Source: Takakia lepidozioides
Taxonomy: Eukaryota; Plantae; Bryophyta
Direction: 5' to 3'
Assembly: GCA_030704615.1 (NCBI GenBank)
Contig: CM060734.1
Span: 32,550,001-32,614,000, forward strand
DNA length: 64,000 bases
Positions 1-14,500 of this stretch are shown here, piece after piece (the first letter of the stretch is position 1; each line of letters opens with the position of its first letter). The position numbers and the translations under genes are program-made. The notes under the pieces were generated by a model. It was not told the DNA's origin, searched no databases, and saw nothing but the letters and a program-made list of their open reading frames with translations.

Positions 1-181
1 TATAATGCGTTATCAGGGGATACCCGCGATGTGCATTCTTTGACGCAAGCAGGCGATGGCTGGTCTCCTTGGGCGCTAGTACGCTATATGTAGAAAGATC
101 GTGCCACGAAGTTACGTTTGTGTCAGAGAACAGATTTGTCTTGTATTCGCATAGATCGAGCAACACAAAGGAGGTTCGGCT

Positions 182-3100
182 ATGGCTGCGATCAAAGCAG
201 CTCAGGAAAGATTCTCTGGTGCCATGGAAAGTTTGATTTTACTTGCAGATTCAATGCAGCAGGCTGCAGCTTTGCTGTCAGATGAGGATAATGAAGACAC
301 TCAAAAACATGCCACCTCCTTTCTGAGTGTTGTTGCTGCGGGGAATGTGGTACGTGATCATGGTTACATACCTCTCTTTCTTCTGCGGATGTCCATCCAC
401 TATCTTTCCAGGCCAATCCATGGGGTTGGAGTGGCAGATCCTTCAGGTTTGCGTCGGTGAATTTGGGGAAAGTCAGAAGTGTTTTGTGCAGAGTTGGTCA
501 CATTGCTTCGTGGCAGATCAGTAAGGACGAAGTCAAAGGATCTCGCCTCTTTATGTATATCGCAACGCGTAGTAATATAGAGACACTGCTGGAAGCGACT
601 TCCAGTCCTCACAAATGCAACTACGGTAACAGTCTGGTGTATACGCAAGGTAGCAAGAAAGAGAAGCCAAGAGCGTGAATATTTGCAGGGTATCAGTCTC
701 TCAGTCCTCTTTTAAATCTCTGAAGTAACGGCCTGCAATTGTTCTCAGGGTGCGGGGAAGTCAGCAGTGCTGAACAGCCTCATTGGTCATCCTGTACTGG
801 TATGTGGCTTGCTGTCATTCAATCCTTTTCTAGATACTTAAAAGTCATGCTCAGTCCATGGCGTTGTGACAATGGTCTATCTCCTGTGGTCTGGCCTTCA
901 ACAACTTCTTCTTCAAGAATTGTCCAGCTGTTAGTATCGCCAGTAGGAGAGCTAGGGACTTTGAAAGCAGAAGAGCATCTTGTACTTCTGAAATATAGGT
1001 TCTGGAAATGTGATGTGTGGTATTGGTGATTTGAAGCAAAATATAAAGAATGGACATTCCAGTCTCTGGTAGATGGACGCTTTCTGATAGCTTTTCTACA
1101 TATACTAAAGGATTTCGATGTGTATGAAACGTTCAGTTGGACTCTTTTGGATGATTTTCTTCTGTGTGGGTGCATGTTATGCTAACTCAGACCTACACCA
1201 CATTTTTGGATTTTGCAACATATTTGAGCTTTGGGGAAGTGTTCAGCTAATCCAATTTTCTAGCTTTAAAATTAGGTTAAAGTGTGTGGATGTACTAAGG
1301 TTAAATTCTTCTCCATGGCACTTGCACAGCCAACAGGAGAAAATGGTGCAACTCGCGCACCCATTGTTATTGAAATGGAGCGAGGCAGTTCTGGTAGCAG
1401 CCAGGGGTTGTCTGTGGTACTTGAAGGAAGAACGGCGAATGTCTCTGCTAGTAAGTTGTTTGACATGTAGAAACCTGGACGATGACTTCAGTCTAGTGAA
1501 TGGTGATGATCATGGTATTATATCACTGTGCTTGCAGTGTATGCCACGATTTTATTACAAGGCCTTAGGATTCTTTGGAACTTCCCTTTTCATCACGCTT
1601 GTGTTCCAGGTTGTCACCGCTGGCTTGACATTTCTGGCCCATCAGCCTTACCTCAATTTGCAAAATCCTGACTCTTTTCTTTAGTACTATAAATGCAAAG
1701 GGCTTGCAAGGCCACTGTGGCACTGTATCTGTACTTATGTTCCTTTGTCTTACTTTGCGCAAAAATTCTCCTACAGGTGATGTTCGCCATTCACTTCAAG
1801 GAAGATTGAAAAATTGGGCACCTTCTTCTGCAAGGAATGGTAGACCTGATGGGATCCATCTTGTGCTCCGTTCTGGTACAGGTGTGTCCTTGTGAAACTC
1901 TGAAGTTTCCAAATATAGCTGTACTACGTCATTGAGAGCAGGATTTGGTGGGAACCTTAATGATGCTAGATACAAAATATCACTAGTTGCCATGAGGCAG
2001 TATAGAGTGACGGCAAAGTTGAGTGTTCTAAATAGGAGGTACGATTTTCATTGGCTCTGAACTGTGTTGTTTTGTGGGATGATTGATTGCGATTTCTTAT
2101 GGATTGTGCAGCCCCACCATTGAAGTTAATTGATCTCCCTGGACTCGATTCACGGACATCATCAGATGAATCGCCTGTTAGTAACTTGCCCAGCACATTA
2201 AATTTTATTTCACCTTTTCATTCTAATGATGTAAAGCTCAGATGATATTGGTTAGGTCATGTATGTGTGAGGACTCCTGACATCTTGCAATAAGTTGAGG
2301 CTCACAATTTTGTGTGCATACTGGTGGGGGAGGCTACATATATATCCACATTTTAGTTAGCTCAAGCTCATCCTTTGTTCCTTCCTGCTCTTCGATATGC
2401 AGGTGCATGATTTTGCTGAGAATAATGATGCTGTACTCCTGGTTGTAATACCAGCAGCTTCTGCCCGTGATATTTCTGCCTCTCGAGCTTTGAAATTGGC
2501 TCAGGACCTGGATCCTGAGGGTAAGCTTATGTGTAATTTTGAGTCATCGATCTCTCCGGGACATATTTGGTATATTGAACCCAGGTTTGGAGAAAATGGT
2601 GGAAGCAACTTGAACAATCATTTGGAGTGTCTCTGGTATGGAACTGTACTGTAGAATGCTTGCTGTTTCTAGTTGGATCACATGAAGCACTGTAAATGAC
2701 AGCAGTTTGGGATGTCTACAGGGACAAGGACCGTTGGCGTAATTAGTAAAGTAGATCAGGCGGCATCAGATCCAAGGAGCCTAGCTGCTGTGCAAGCTCT
2801 CCTTTCAGGGCAAGGTCCATCTATTACATTGGATATTCCGTGGGTGGCGTTGATTGGCCAGTCAGTTTCAATTGCATCAGCACATGCTGGGACTGTTAGT
2901 GCCGAAGACTCTTTGGAAACAGCTTGGAGGGCAGAGATGGAAAGTTTGAAATCAATATTGGGTGGGGCATCAGTAACAAAGCTTGGAAGGATTGCCCTTG
3001 TTGAAACACTTACTCGGCAGATTCAAAAGAGGCTGAAACAGCGCCTTCCAAATCTTCTAGCTGGGTAAGTGGCTGCTTGTCTTCCTTCTATGGAGAGAGT

Positions 3101-6100
3101 AAGCCTTTGATGAGCATGACTTAGTGTTCGCTAAATGAATAATGTTCTCATATTCTATGAAGTTGCATACACAATATTCAGATAGAATACCAAACTGCTC
3201 ATTGTAAGATCATATTTGATCGGGATCCGAGTTCCATTTATAGACCTGTGGTTTAACCAGTTTAGTAGTCCTATTTTTGATATGGTCACGTCTGTGACAC
3301 TCTTGGGGCATCAGGGCCAAGATCTTGATGTTGAATATAATAACAATTGATTCGTAGTTTTCTGATTGTGTTTCATGCTATACTCGTAAAGTTTGCTTTG
3401 CACAAAGGTGTTACGAGAGACGCTGTGAGTGTGTACTTCGATTATTTAGCATGTGTTCCCTTATGTTGTGAACTCCAATGGCCAGGACAAGATGAATTGG
3501 AGATTACCAAGTTTGCCATAAGGGCATGTGAAGGTGACTCCAAATGCTAGTCAATTCATTAAACTAGGGGGTTCAAGAATGGTGTAACTAAATTTCAAGT
3601 GATCCATTGGAATCAAAGTTGATGCTTAACATCCTCATTTGAAGACTTTGGCATCACTTTACCAAGAAATGTTTTGAATATTTTCAAGCTCCTTCAGGTG
3701 ATGGTTTTTCTTTTCTTGCAGAGATTGGTTGGTTCCTTATGCAGCGAGAAAATTCTGGATCAATCCTGAAGTAGTAAGTTACAAGCTTGTTGTTTCTGTC
3801 ATGGCTAACAGTTTGGGGCTCCCCCTCACCTGCCTTAAGTCAAGCTGGCAAAGATGGCGGTGCAGATTTGAGCCAGTAAAGTATCATGCCAGCTCGCTTC
3901 CATGCTTGAGGGCACACCTTTTTTATTGACTCATTACGTGGGGAATCTGCAAGGGCAGTTAAGTTTCTATTGAAACTTGTTAGAAAAGATTTTCGCTTTA
4001 CTTCCCATGAGTGACATGCACCACCATGTAGAAATACTGAATACTCCACGAGCCAAGTCATTTGTGCAATCGGCCAATTGCATTAAGCAAAGATCTCATT
4101 CGGTCTTCATTCTCACTAGGGATGTATGACACAAATTTATTGTGGCATTCAAATCTCCCGAAGCAAATCGCCTATAAGTTATACATAATATGCAAACAGG
4201 CTTGGAGGGTCCTAATGCTGTACGATGTGCGTGCAGATTACAGTAGAAACATGGAAGCAGCTAGTCTTAACCGAGTATTGTATTGGTGGCATATTTCTGG
4301 GCAGGTTGGAGGGGAGATCACATCTAGTAGAGGAGGAATTGGCCAGGCTAGGGGAGCAAAGAGTGCAAACGTCAGAAGGGACCCGTGCAATTGCTTTGGA
4401 ACTTTGCCGCGAGTTTGAAGACACATTTCTACAACATATTCAGACTGGAGAAGTAAGGAATTTTGTACTGATTGCAGGACTTCCTTGATTGGTTTTTGGT
4501 TGAGTGTGGTCCATCATGTCTTCCATGCATGGTTTTAGTGTATCTGAAGAAAGCCTTTGAAGCCCGAGCAGGGAGTTGTTGCAAGTATTTTGTACTCTGA
4601 AGTCTGAGGACCACCTCTTTGCAAAAGCTGAAGCTTTGTCTACAATTTTCAGTTATTGATCTGGCACGTGAATTACTTGTACTCCAAGACATGTGTCCTC
4701 GTGTACATTTGTATGTCCCTACATAGATACATATGTAATTTCTTGTCTGCATGTAATATTTCTGCAGGGAGGAGGATGGAAAGTGGTTGCAAGTTTTGAA
4801 GGAGTACTTCCCAACCGGATCAAACAGCTTCCACTCAATGATATGTTTGAGCTTAGCAGTATTAAGAAGGTGAAATTTGCCTTTGACTTCGCCTGTCTTT
4901 CTGGCTTCTGTTTTTTATGTGGTAGAAGCTGTCTGGACCACCTGCAACCATGCTTAGCATCTGATACCTTTACTTTGGCTGTCTTGTGTCAGTTGGTTCT
5001 TGAAGCAGATGGCTACCAACCCTATCTTTTGTCTCCTGAGAAGGGTTTGAGGGCACTTGTAAGAAAAGCATTGGACTTGGCAAAGGATCCAGCACGAACT
5101 TGTGTGGATGAGGTAAATTGTCTTGTTGTTAGAGTTGTGTACAACCTCAGTTTGGATGGCTGGTTATTTTCGAGATGAAGTCATACTACATCAAATGTTG
5201 GTACCATGCCCAACTCCAAGAAATTGCTTGCTTCCTGTATGGGTAAATGTGACTCTGGTTTTCAACAAGCACATTAGTTGGACATATTTTCAGTGACAAT
5301 CAGGGGTGTCAGTTTTAACTGTGGATTCCGACTTACATGTGAGTTTTTGTGTTAACACAGGTACACCGGATCCTTGTGGACATAGTATCGTCTGCAGCAT
5401 CTGGAACTCCTGGCTTGGGAAGATATCCACCACTCAAGAGAGAGGTATTTCTTGTTCAAGCCCAGAAAATCGTCCAGATGAGGGATGGATTTGTAGCACT
5501 AGTTGGAATATGAGTGATGTATTTAGGGGAGAAATTGGAAGTACCGATCCAGACCTTACATGCATGTACCATCTGTTTCAGTTTGAGGTTGTCATTGTAC
5601 ATGCGGCATCTTTGTTATGGCCAGATGGTGGCGATCGCTACTGCTGCTTTGGACGATTATCGCATTGAATCCAAAAAAATGGTTGTTGCCCTTGTTGACA
5701 TGGAGCGTTCATTCATTCCCCCACAACACTTCATTCGGCTTGTCCAACGCAGGTGCACCCTTCATACCTTGTCCTGAAACAGTGCGGTATGGCTTTGTTT
5801 GGACAATCATTTGTGTCCTACATACAAGCAGTGCGTATCGGCCAGCCTCTTCAGTTTATGCCAACTTCCATCAAATTACTGCTTGATAGTCCTGTAATGC
5901 TTCTGGTGTTCCTTGGTCACACGTTGTGGGAATGTAGAAACCCTACATATCCATCAGTTGTACACCAGTGGAGGATGACATGCTAGGCTCACCAGTGGAC
6001 AGACACTGACATGTCGTCATTGCAAAGAAGCACCACATGGATACAGCTTGAAGCCAAAGTTTGTAATGTTTGAGAGTCAGGACTTATGCTGAGATCTAGT

Positions 6101-9100
6101 CGGTGTGCAATTGTCTATCCAGGCTGGATAGGCTAAGAAGAGACGATGACCAAAAGAGTCGGGCATCAAGGAAGGCGCAAGATGTGGAGCAGACCTTATT
6201 GAATAAAGTGGGTATTGTGACTCTTAACTTCTTATTGTTGTGTGTACACTCAAGCCTTTCTTAAACATTTATGATCCTTTCTTTCTCCAACGTTGATGGC
6301 CATGGAGATGCTTTCTAGAACAGCTTAAATGGACTTGCAAATTATTGGCCAGCCTTTTGTTAATGGATGTCCATATGGCTGGAAGAGAGAGAGAGAGAGA
6401 GAGAGAAGACTCTGGTCAAAACCAGTGTAAATAAGAGCCACTTCACCGTGCAGGTACTACCTCCTGTCGGGGGTGGGCTCTATCGTGGATTGAAGATGTT
6501 AAAGAGACCTGTAACCTTCTAGTGGAGTTTCTGGTCACTGGCAGCTATATGCATGTCATACGACTCACAGATGTAGTCTATCTTCGCATATCCCATACCA
6601 AAGACACTAACCAAGTTTAACCATGCAAATTCTTCATTTGAATTCAAAATGAAGATAATTTTTATATAGGCAGCACCAAGTGCTATTCTGTTGGGGCACT
6701 CCTGCAGTTGTGATCAGCATGTGTCTGACAAACAGCAGTAGCTTTCTGGAATGACAGGCTCTCACTAATTCCCAGGGGTGCTGGCAGTTGGATAACTTCA
6801 CAATTACACATATTTTCTAGGATCACATCACGGGTTGGTAGTAAGAAACCTTTTAAGTGGTAGTTGCTGTGGGGTTATCTGCCTGTTTGCTTCCTGCTGG
6901 ATATGACTCTTGTTGTAGTCAAAACTAAGCCTCAAGATTGGATGTTCTATTTACAGCCTCCAATTTAACAATCATGGGTAGGATTGTGTAATCAAAGGCA
7001 CTGTCATGGGCTTATATATCTCATGAACAAAATGATTGGCTTCAGGCAACTGCCCCACAGGCCAATGTCTCTGGTTCACAGTCTGGGGGGAGTTTGAAAT
7101 CGCTTAAAGGGCAAGCTACTCAGTCAGAGAAAGATGCAAAGGAAACGCCATCAACATTACAGAGCGCTGGTGACAGTTCTGCAGGTATTTGACCATGAAC
7201 TTCTCTTCCACCATTGCCCATCCTGCTCCACAAGATCAGCGGTGGTTGGTCTGCTCTGGAGCAAGTTATATTTTACTAGTTATTGGTAATATCTGTGGAT
7301 TCATGTAGTTTCTGTGATACTTCAGTGCATTACAAGGAACCAATTCCCAGTCAAGTTTTGTTAGACATGGTTATATTGCCTTCCTCTTTTAGTGGCGGTC
7401 TTTACAAACACTGCATCTGCAGAGTCTTGAATTGGTTACAAGAGAGCTAGTAAATCGCTTCATGGAAACTGGGACTATGGCAACAAGGCTACGGCAAACA
7501 TCTTATGAGTCCATTCTAAATGGGGCTTGCCAGGTTATCTGATGAAAAAGAGTGCAAAGACAAATGACTGGAGCAAACGCTGGTTTGTTCTCAATGAAAA
7601 GACCAACCGGGTGAGTCACCCCCATCAAAATAAGATCCACAGTAGGTGTAAGTTTTTGTTAGAACTCACTAACCTCATTTGGTTGTTTTGAAACACATTG
7701 GTAATCTGTTCCCTTGCCTCTGACCTTCCTTCCTAAACAATTTTCCTCTTATCAACATAAAATCTGGTACATATTTTTTCTCAAAAACACACTTTGCAGA
7801 TACAATCCCATCTCAAAAACAGCTTACATATGCTGTTTCGTCTTGAATGTGGCATTGCAGTTAGCCTACACCAGAAAGCCAGAGGAGAAGCACTTTCGCG
7901 GTGTTATTGCATTGGAGGTATGTGGATTGGGCACTCTGGCAGATTGCATCACTACTAAGATTCGTACTTCTTGTGTCATTGTCTTAGTTGTGTGGAAGTT
8001 GGATTCCAAAATCCAGAAGTATGATCCAATGAGCAAGGCATTGTAAGTTTATGCTTGCTTGGGTGGTCACAGGAGTGCGTCCTCGAAGACGGATCCGACA
8101 AGGAGAATGGAGCTGAGGAGGCACCAGCTAAAAAGGATAAAAAATCATCTGCAAATGGGTCAGAGAAGAAGGATGCAGGTTCTAACCTAGTTTTCAGAAT
8201 TGGTCACAAAGTCGCATATAAAACTGTTTTGAAAGGTAAACTCTACCACCCATCTGTGCTGTCAAGCTGTCTGCAATAGGTCTCTTTTACACAACTAGAG
8301 CTTTTTGAATGTTCTGTTGGTTTTGTTCTTCTGTTTTGTTGTTCACAACATTAGAAAATTCAAACATCAAAACATTGCTGCATGGCAACAGTGTCCTTGG
8401 GGGACCTGCCACTGGGTTTTGAGGCTTCTAGGTGAAGCCTTCTGCTGATGATTAAAATGTCTGCTGGGTGATTCGCTATGTCACCATGTATGGGCAATCA
8501 GTTTGAGTTTCAATTACATAACCAAGGCTCCAACATGACTCCAAGTTATTGCAAAGGATATCTGACAACTTATTTATGCAGAACATGCTTTCAGTACTGC
8601 TTGTTTTAACAGTGAATTGAAACTCGTTTTGGCTGGCAGCACACCATGAAATTGTATTGAAGGCAGAAAACATGGCTGAGAAGCTTGAATGGATGTCAAA
8701 GCTTAGAAGCTGTATTGACACCACGAAAGGATCCTCAACCAAAGGTGGTTCTACTCCAGCATCTGACTCGAGCATATCAGTGCGCTCTGCTATATCTGAT
8801 GGCCCTGTGGTAAGTTCTAGCACAGGAGGGATCCCAGTTCTCCGTGAGAGGTTTGTCCCTCTGTGTCAGGTTGTTTGTCACAATGACCCTGGTTCTTCTG
8901 TAAAAAATTTCTTCCAGTTATTAGTCTTTTGGGTGGTATAGGGATATATTGACAATATAACTTTGGCATATATCCAGGAAACAACAACAGTTTTGAGGAG
9001 GCCTGTTGATCCAGAGGAAGATCTGAAGCTGATGGCTCAAGAAGTGCGAGACTATGTTGAAGCTGTTCTCAACAGTCTTGCTGCCAACATACCTAAAGTG

Positions 9101-10304
9101 AGTGTTGGATTATGGTTTGATAGGGTCTTTATGAGGCCGAGGCTATATAGCAATTTGTCACATACATCGTTTAAAATGTTTGATTATCTTCATGAGATCA
9201 ATGGGCAGTGTCGAGCTTTATGCAATCAGCAAACTTTGGGAATCTGAGTCTAGCTTGACATCTTCATTTGACGCAAGTTTCCTGCTTACCCATATTCCAA
9301 ATCTAAGCCCATTAAGGCGGCATGTACCCTTCTGACTTAACCATAGGTCTTGGCAGGAGCTAGCTGTGCCTTTCATTTGAAACATGTTGGGAGTCAAGTC
9401 AACCTTTCAAACTTTGCAGGTCTTAAATGTCCTTCAATTTGCCATCACATTCTGTTTGTATGGCAGGCTGTGGTGCTTTGTCAAGTGGAAAGAGCGAGAG
9501 ATGCGATGCTTAATCAACTGTACAGCTCTATCAGGTATAGTCTTCTATTGTAACATGCACATCAAAGCACCATTTTCTTGCCTGAAGGGCATCAAGCACT
9601 ACCTGCATACCACAAAACAACTGGAAGATTGTAGACCTGATAGCAAGTGATCGCCGTGGAAGAATAGGATCTGCTTATGATGCCAGTCTTTGCTCATGGC
9701 AGTTGCTTATTTTTTCATTGTGGGGATGCTTTGGGTTTTGGAGCAGTGCGCAGTCCACGGAAAAGATTCAGGAGCTCTTGCAGGAGGATCAAGAAGTAAA
9801 GCAGCGCCGCGAACGATGCCAAAAGCAAGCCTCATTATTGACCCGCCTTACTCGGCAGCTAAGCATGCATGAAGCTCGGGCATCTACGAGCACAGGATTT
9901 GGTGACACAGGTAAGCATTCTGCAGTAGCAAGTGTCTCCAATATCTAGAATGTACTTCTCAATTAAGTTTCAACAAGCAGATGTGCATTGTGGAGCCAGG
10001 ACGGTCTGACCAAGCTGGATTGTTGATGTCTTCAGGGCCAACACCAAGCTTCCAGTCAGAGGATTGGCGTGTTGCCTTTGAAGACGCAGGCAATTCCTTG
10101 TCATCCAGCTACAGTTCACCACAACAATCCCCGCGATTGGCATCTCCCCTTTCCATGAATGGCCGCTCTTCTCGAAATAGCAACTACAGTGATACTGAGG
10201 AGAATGGGAATGGGAATGGCAACGGAGGCCTTGGCAGTAGGCGGACCCCAGGAAGGCTACCCCCACCTCCACCACCTGGTGGCGCACCAGTGTATAGATA
10301 CTAG
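182..10304 (+). CDS. DRP2: Dynamin-related protein 2 (plant classical dynamin: GTPase, middle, PH, GED, proline-rich tail); multi-exon gene
   Basis: GT-AG exons join to give [16 protein letters not shown]...VVAAGNV|[17 protein letters not shown]|[12 protein letters not shown] (182-349, 749-799, 1330-1450), [12 protein letters not shown] (~2112), [12 protein letters not shown] (~2722), [19 protein letters not shown] (~4993), PH segment [23 protein letters not shown] (~7534), [22 protein letters not shown]|AVVLCQVE, and C-terminal [12 protein letters not shown] ending at TAG 10304. These match remembered plant DRP2A/B motifs. Confidence 0.95.
6385..6455. repeat. (GA)n tract followed by a ~50-bp dispersed repeat also found at 63113-63161
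   Basis: gagagaagactctggtcaaaaccagtgtaaataagagccacttcacc here versus gagagaagactctggccgaagccggcataaccaagagcaactgcacc in a DRP1 intron. Confidence 0.55.
7466..7517 (+). mobile_element. Short 3'-end copy of the TC-tailed non-LTR retroelement, in a DRP2 intron
   Basis: aaactgggactatggcaacaaggctacggcaaacatcttatgagtccattct matches the conserved 3' terminus of the copies at ~25000, ~29700, ~50530, ~51300 and ~53350. Confidence 0.75.
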
Positions 10305-11537
10305 ATCTCTTGTTGGTCTGTCCTTATCTGCCCAGCTTGTGGGAGAGAATTGCCGTATTGGCAATAGGCAGACACACCCCTCAGACATTTCCCATAGACA
10401 AACATTTCACCCCCAGGAAATCCCTAGTAAGTGCTCAGGTGTATGGCTAATCCTGGTTAGGATTCAATGGTGCATCTTGCATCAATTTTCCCGCTTTGTT
10501 AGGGTTGCAAATGGTTCCCTGTTGTGTGTGGCAACAAGGGCTTGCTGGGTGGGTCTCAGTACCTGCTTTAGTCCCCACAATTGTGTTATATGAAAATTGT
10601 TTCCCCCAGGACATTTTGCACCTTTAGGTTTAGTCAGCAGACTGAGGAGGCAGTTTTATCATGACAGTTGTAGCGACTCGATCTATTCATCTGAAAGCTC
10701 AGAGCATAATCAATCAAGTAATGAATGGTATGCATGAGTTTTTCTCTAAAGCTTGAGGCCACTGAAAGTGTGTTTGTGTTTGTTTTTGAGTCACATAAGA
10801 GCGAAGGGATTCCTATAGCAAAAAACAACTATTGTACTGTACTCTAAGAAGACCCCACAGAATGTGTGCACTTTTTAAGAGGCTCATACACACCCATTCA
10901 GTTGAAAGATAATGAACTCAATAACCAGCATGGAAGTTTCTATGAACATAACTTCATTGGCTGTTGTGGCAACTTGAACCTTCTCCAAGTATCTCTTCAC
11001 CGTGACCAATACAAGAGTCCATGTCAACAACACAATTCTCAAGGTAGGTCCCGGTGCCTCATAGTGACTTTCCACGGGAAAATGAGATGCTTTGTGTTCA
11101 CATCTGGTGTCGTGTCTGATGAGAATGCCCCGGCCATTGCATCAGAGAATGGATGTTCCCGCCGCTGGCATTTCGAGCATTGCTAATCTCAAGACTCCCT
11201 GCCGCTTTCAACTTGAGAGTTTGCAAGCCATTGTGACCTTGCCCATAGAAACTTGAGCTGCAGCAACAAGGAGAGGCCGTCCATAGCTCACCAAGAGGCG
11301 GGAATCACTGTATACTCAAATCAATCCAGCAGAATCTCATGGAACAGAAGGGAAACCTGGATCAATACAAGAAGTTCATCTTTTGCACCCAAACTCAGAC
11401 CTGTATAAAACTCTAATCCTCGAATTTCTGTGCTTCTTATGGCGGCGCCAGTTGATGTGACGGCCAGCTTAGCCTGGGGGGGCAAGCCACGTAGGCCTGC
11501 CTTACCCGGGCGCATTAAACTCCGGGGCCCCTTCTAT

Positions 11538-14500
11538 TTACCTGCCAAAACTGATATGGGTTGAATCGAGGCTGTTGTTGTCAAGCGTGGGAACCTTTGC
11601 GATCAGCCCCATCTCGTGGTATCCATAATAATCGAACTTGTGAGATGGTCGTGAATCGTTCTGAAAGGTGTCAATGGGACCAGTACTGATATTGCAGAGC
11701 ACCTCGACCACTTGCTTCATCGATGGACGTCCTTGCCCGCGATGGGCCAAACACCACACTGCCAACTGTGCCACACACTCTATGGCGTCCAGGCTCACGG
11801 AACCGTCTTGCAGGAGCTTGGCGTCCACAATTGAGTGCAGATTTCCCTGCTGTATTGGGGGAACCCAGTGCACCTGTGGCAAGTTAACACCCGAGTCTTG
11901 TCTCTTGCCCAATGGTTTCTGAGAGGTGATCAACTCCAGCAAGACCACACCAAAACTGTATACATCACTCTTGTCTGTCATTTGCCAGGTATAGATAGCC
12001 TCCGGGTCCATGTATCCATTTGTCCCCGCAGGTTGTGCTACGCGCAGAGAGATACCGAAATCTGCAACTTTCGCGGTAAGTCTATCATCTAGGAGGATGT
12101 TCGATGACTTGATATCTCTGTGAATAATAGATTTGGGAGAGGCATGATTATGGAGGTACGCCAAGGCCTCTGCAGTATCAATTGCAATTTGCAAGCGTTG
12201 GCTCCATTTCAATCTTCCCTCGTCCGAGCGTTTCCCATGCAGGTGGTCAAAGAGGCTACCCTGTGACATGTACTCGTACACAAGCAGCGGGACCTTCTTC
12301 TCCAGGCAACAACCAAGCAGCTTGACTAGATTGCGGTGGTTACCTGCAACAGAACCGCCACCTCGTTCAGAAGCTGCTTTACGCCATCGGCTCCCAAATT
12401 CCTCCGCGGATCTGGTTTCCTTACTGCCACATTTGTCCCACAGTCTAGAGTGCCATGGTAAACTTTACCAAAACCACCTTCGCCAAGCTCGACAGCATAA
12501 CCAATGGTGGCCTTGTGGAGCTCTGTGTCTGAAAACTTTCTTCCTACATCTTTCGTACCGATTTCCTTATAGTGTCCTAACTCAATCCGACGCCTCTCGC
12601 TCTGTCCTCTTATTCGCCGCACGACTGCACTGAGGATAATTACATCCACAAGAGAGGGACCAACGATAACACCTGCCAAGTGTAGGTATCAAATTGGGCT
12701 CAATATACAGCTGAGATAACTGCCCCAGGGGCAATATTTGAACCCGCTCTTTGAGATCATGGTCTTAGTCATGGAGCAACACAGTGAATTTGCACTCGAC
12801 ACTCAACATTAGATATGGCAAAACTGTGGTTGATTCGGGGCACATGCAAGTTTCTAATCCCTTCAAAGAAGCATTCATCACTTCACTTCGGATCAATCTT
12901 GTTTATCCAACGCAAGCGTACTGTGATCAAGCTAGTACACACAATAAATCAGAATCCAGATTCAACTTAAATATAGTCTACTGTTCAATAGTTTCTCGGA
13001 GAAAGCCTGTCAGTGTATTACGAGTGCATTACCTACAATTAGCCGAGTTTGGGCAGCCGAATAACGACAACCAGTCCCGTTTATGAGCCCGTTGCCAAAG
13101 TATCCCTTGTTGCAGGTACAGATGTAGGAACCAGGCGTGTTGGTGCAATGAGCATCCGCGGCACACATGTTCAACGTCGGATCCAAACACTCATTGATGT
13201 CTGCAGTTGAGCAAATGTTCAAAGTTCCAAATTTCTCGATGTCAGATGCGTGAGTCTTAGCATGAATAATTTCTAGAAGGGATCACATACATGTGCTAGG
13301 AACTTTAGAACGAACAATTTTAGAGATTACCCTGCCTTGACGTCTTTTCTCGTAGACCTTGTCCCGGAGCTGTCACTTGTCCAGAGAGCTCTCTCGTAGC
13401 TTAGACACAGTCCACTCACCTGACTTGGACACAAGTCTAGTCACAAAGTGTATCTAATCTAACTGGCCAACACCTGTTTATCAATACATATGCCTCACAG
13501 GTGCCACTGTATTCAAAAGGCGAGCACCATAGGGTATACTTCTGCTTATATGACCGGGCAGCCAACGCCACGGCTGTTTGGTTGTTACCTTCTGGTCAGC
13601 TTCTGGTTGACCATGCAGAGGTAATGAGCTAGTGTCCAGTCCGATCTACGGTTCTAGTGACTAGTCCCAGGTGGTCGATATGTTTGCAATGCTTGGGTCA
13701 TGCTTGCAGTCTTGTCTTCTCGATAGTCAAGGAGACTCTGAGAGAGCTCTGGAGCAGTGAGAGGGTTATTTCCAGAAATTCGAGCTGTCTTGAAGTAAGA
13801 AATCCTCCGAGCTCTCCCTGCTCTCGAGCTCACTCTCTAGGCACTGGTCTCTCTAAGACAAATTCTGTACGCGTTACACAGCTCAACGACTTTGAGGACA
13901 ACAGGAATACTTTGACTCAATACATGTTTAATGAATGACGCAGGACTTCAGATGAGGATCTGACAACTTACCGACGCAGTTTGTGCCGTTGGTGTATCCA
14001 TCCCCACTGTAGCCATCGTTGCAGAAACAATTGTAACCTAAGTTGAATCCTTGACTCCACACGTGAGTATCTGAAGATCTGCAGAATGCATGCACGTCGC
14101 AAGAATAATTCCCGAGCTTTCTCGCCTCGGCACAACTCGCAGATGATGAAGTAGGCCATCTGATTGCCCAAGCCAGCTCAAGAGCGTACTGATGGTTTCG
14201 ATAACTCGCAGGGTAAATGACACTAGAAATGCCGCACTTTCCTCCTCCATAAAACGATAGATTTAGAGTGCCGGACGAAATCGGAATCGTACAACAGCCG
14301 CGGTTGTTGTGGTCGTATTTACAGTAGCTGAACGTAAAATTGGTTTTAGCGGGAGCAGTGCAACTCCCGGCGAACTCTGTATCCATTGTCAGAATTCCAG
14401 CCGCCGATTAACCCGTAGCAAAGAAGTCGTTGTTCCCTGTGAAAGCATATGGAGAGGCCGATGGAACGCCGACTTGGACATAGCCCAATACTGAAAGATC

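Noticed and set aside
12293-12343. Small intron rescuing the WAK frameshift (CAG|GTAACC looks like a donor)
   Set aside because: Splicing would delete the conserved VNHRNLVKLLGCC kinase segment; a 1-nt deletion explains the sequence better.
13292-13880. Possible solo LTR in WAK intron 1 (TG...CA ends, TATA-like motif, GAGCTC-rich)
   Set aside because: No matching 4-6 bp TSD for any plausible boundary and no second copy in the window.
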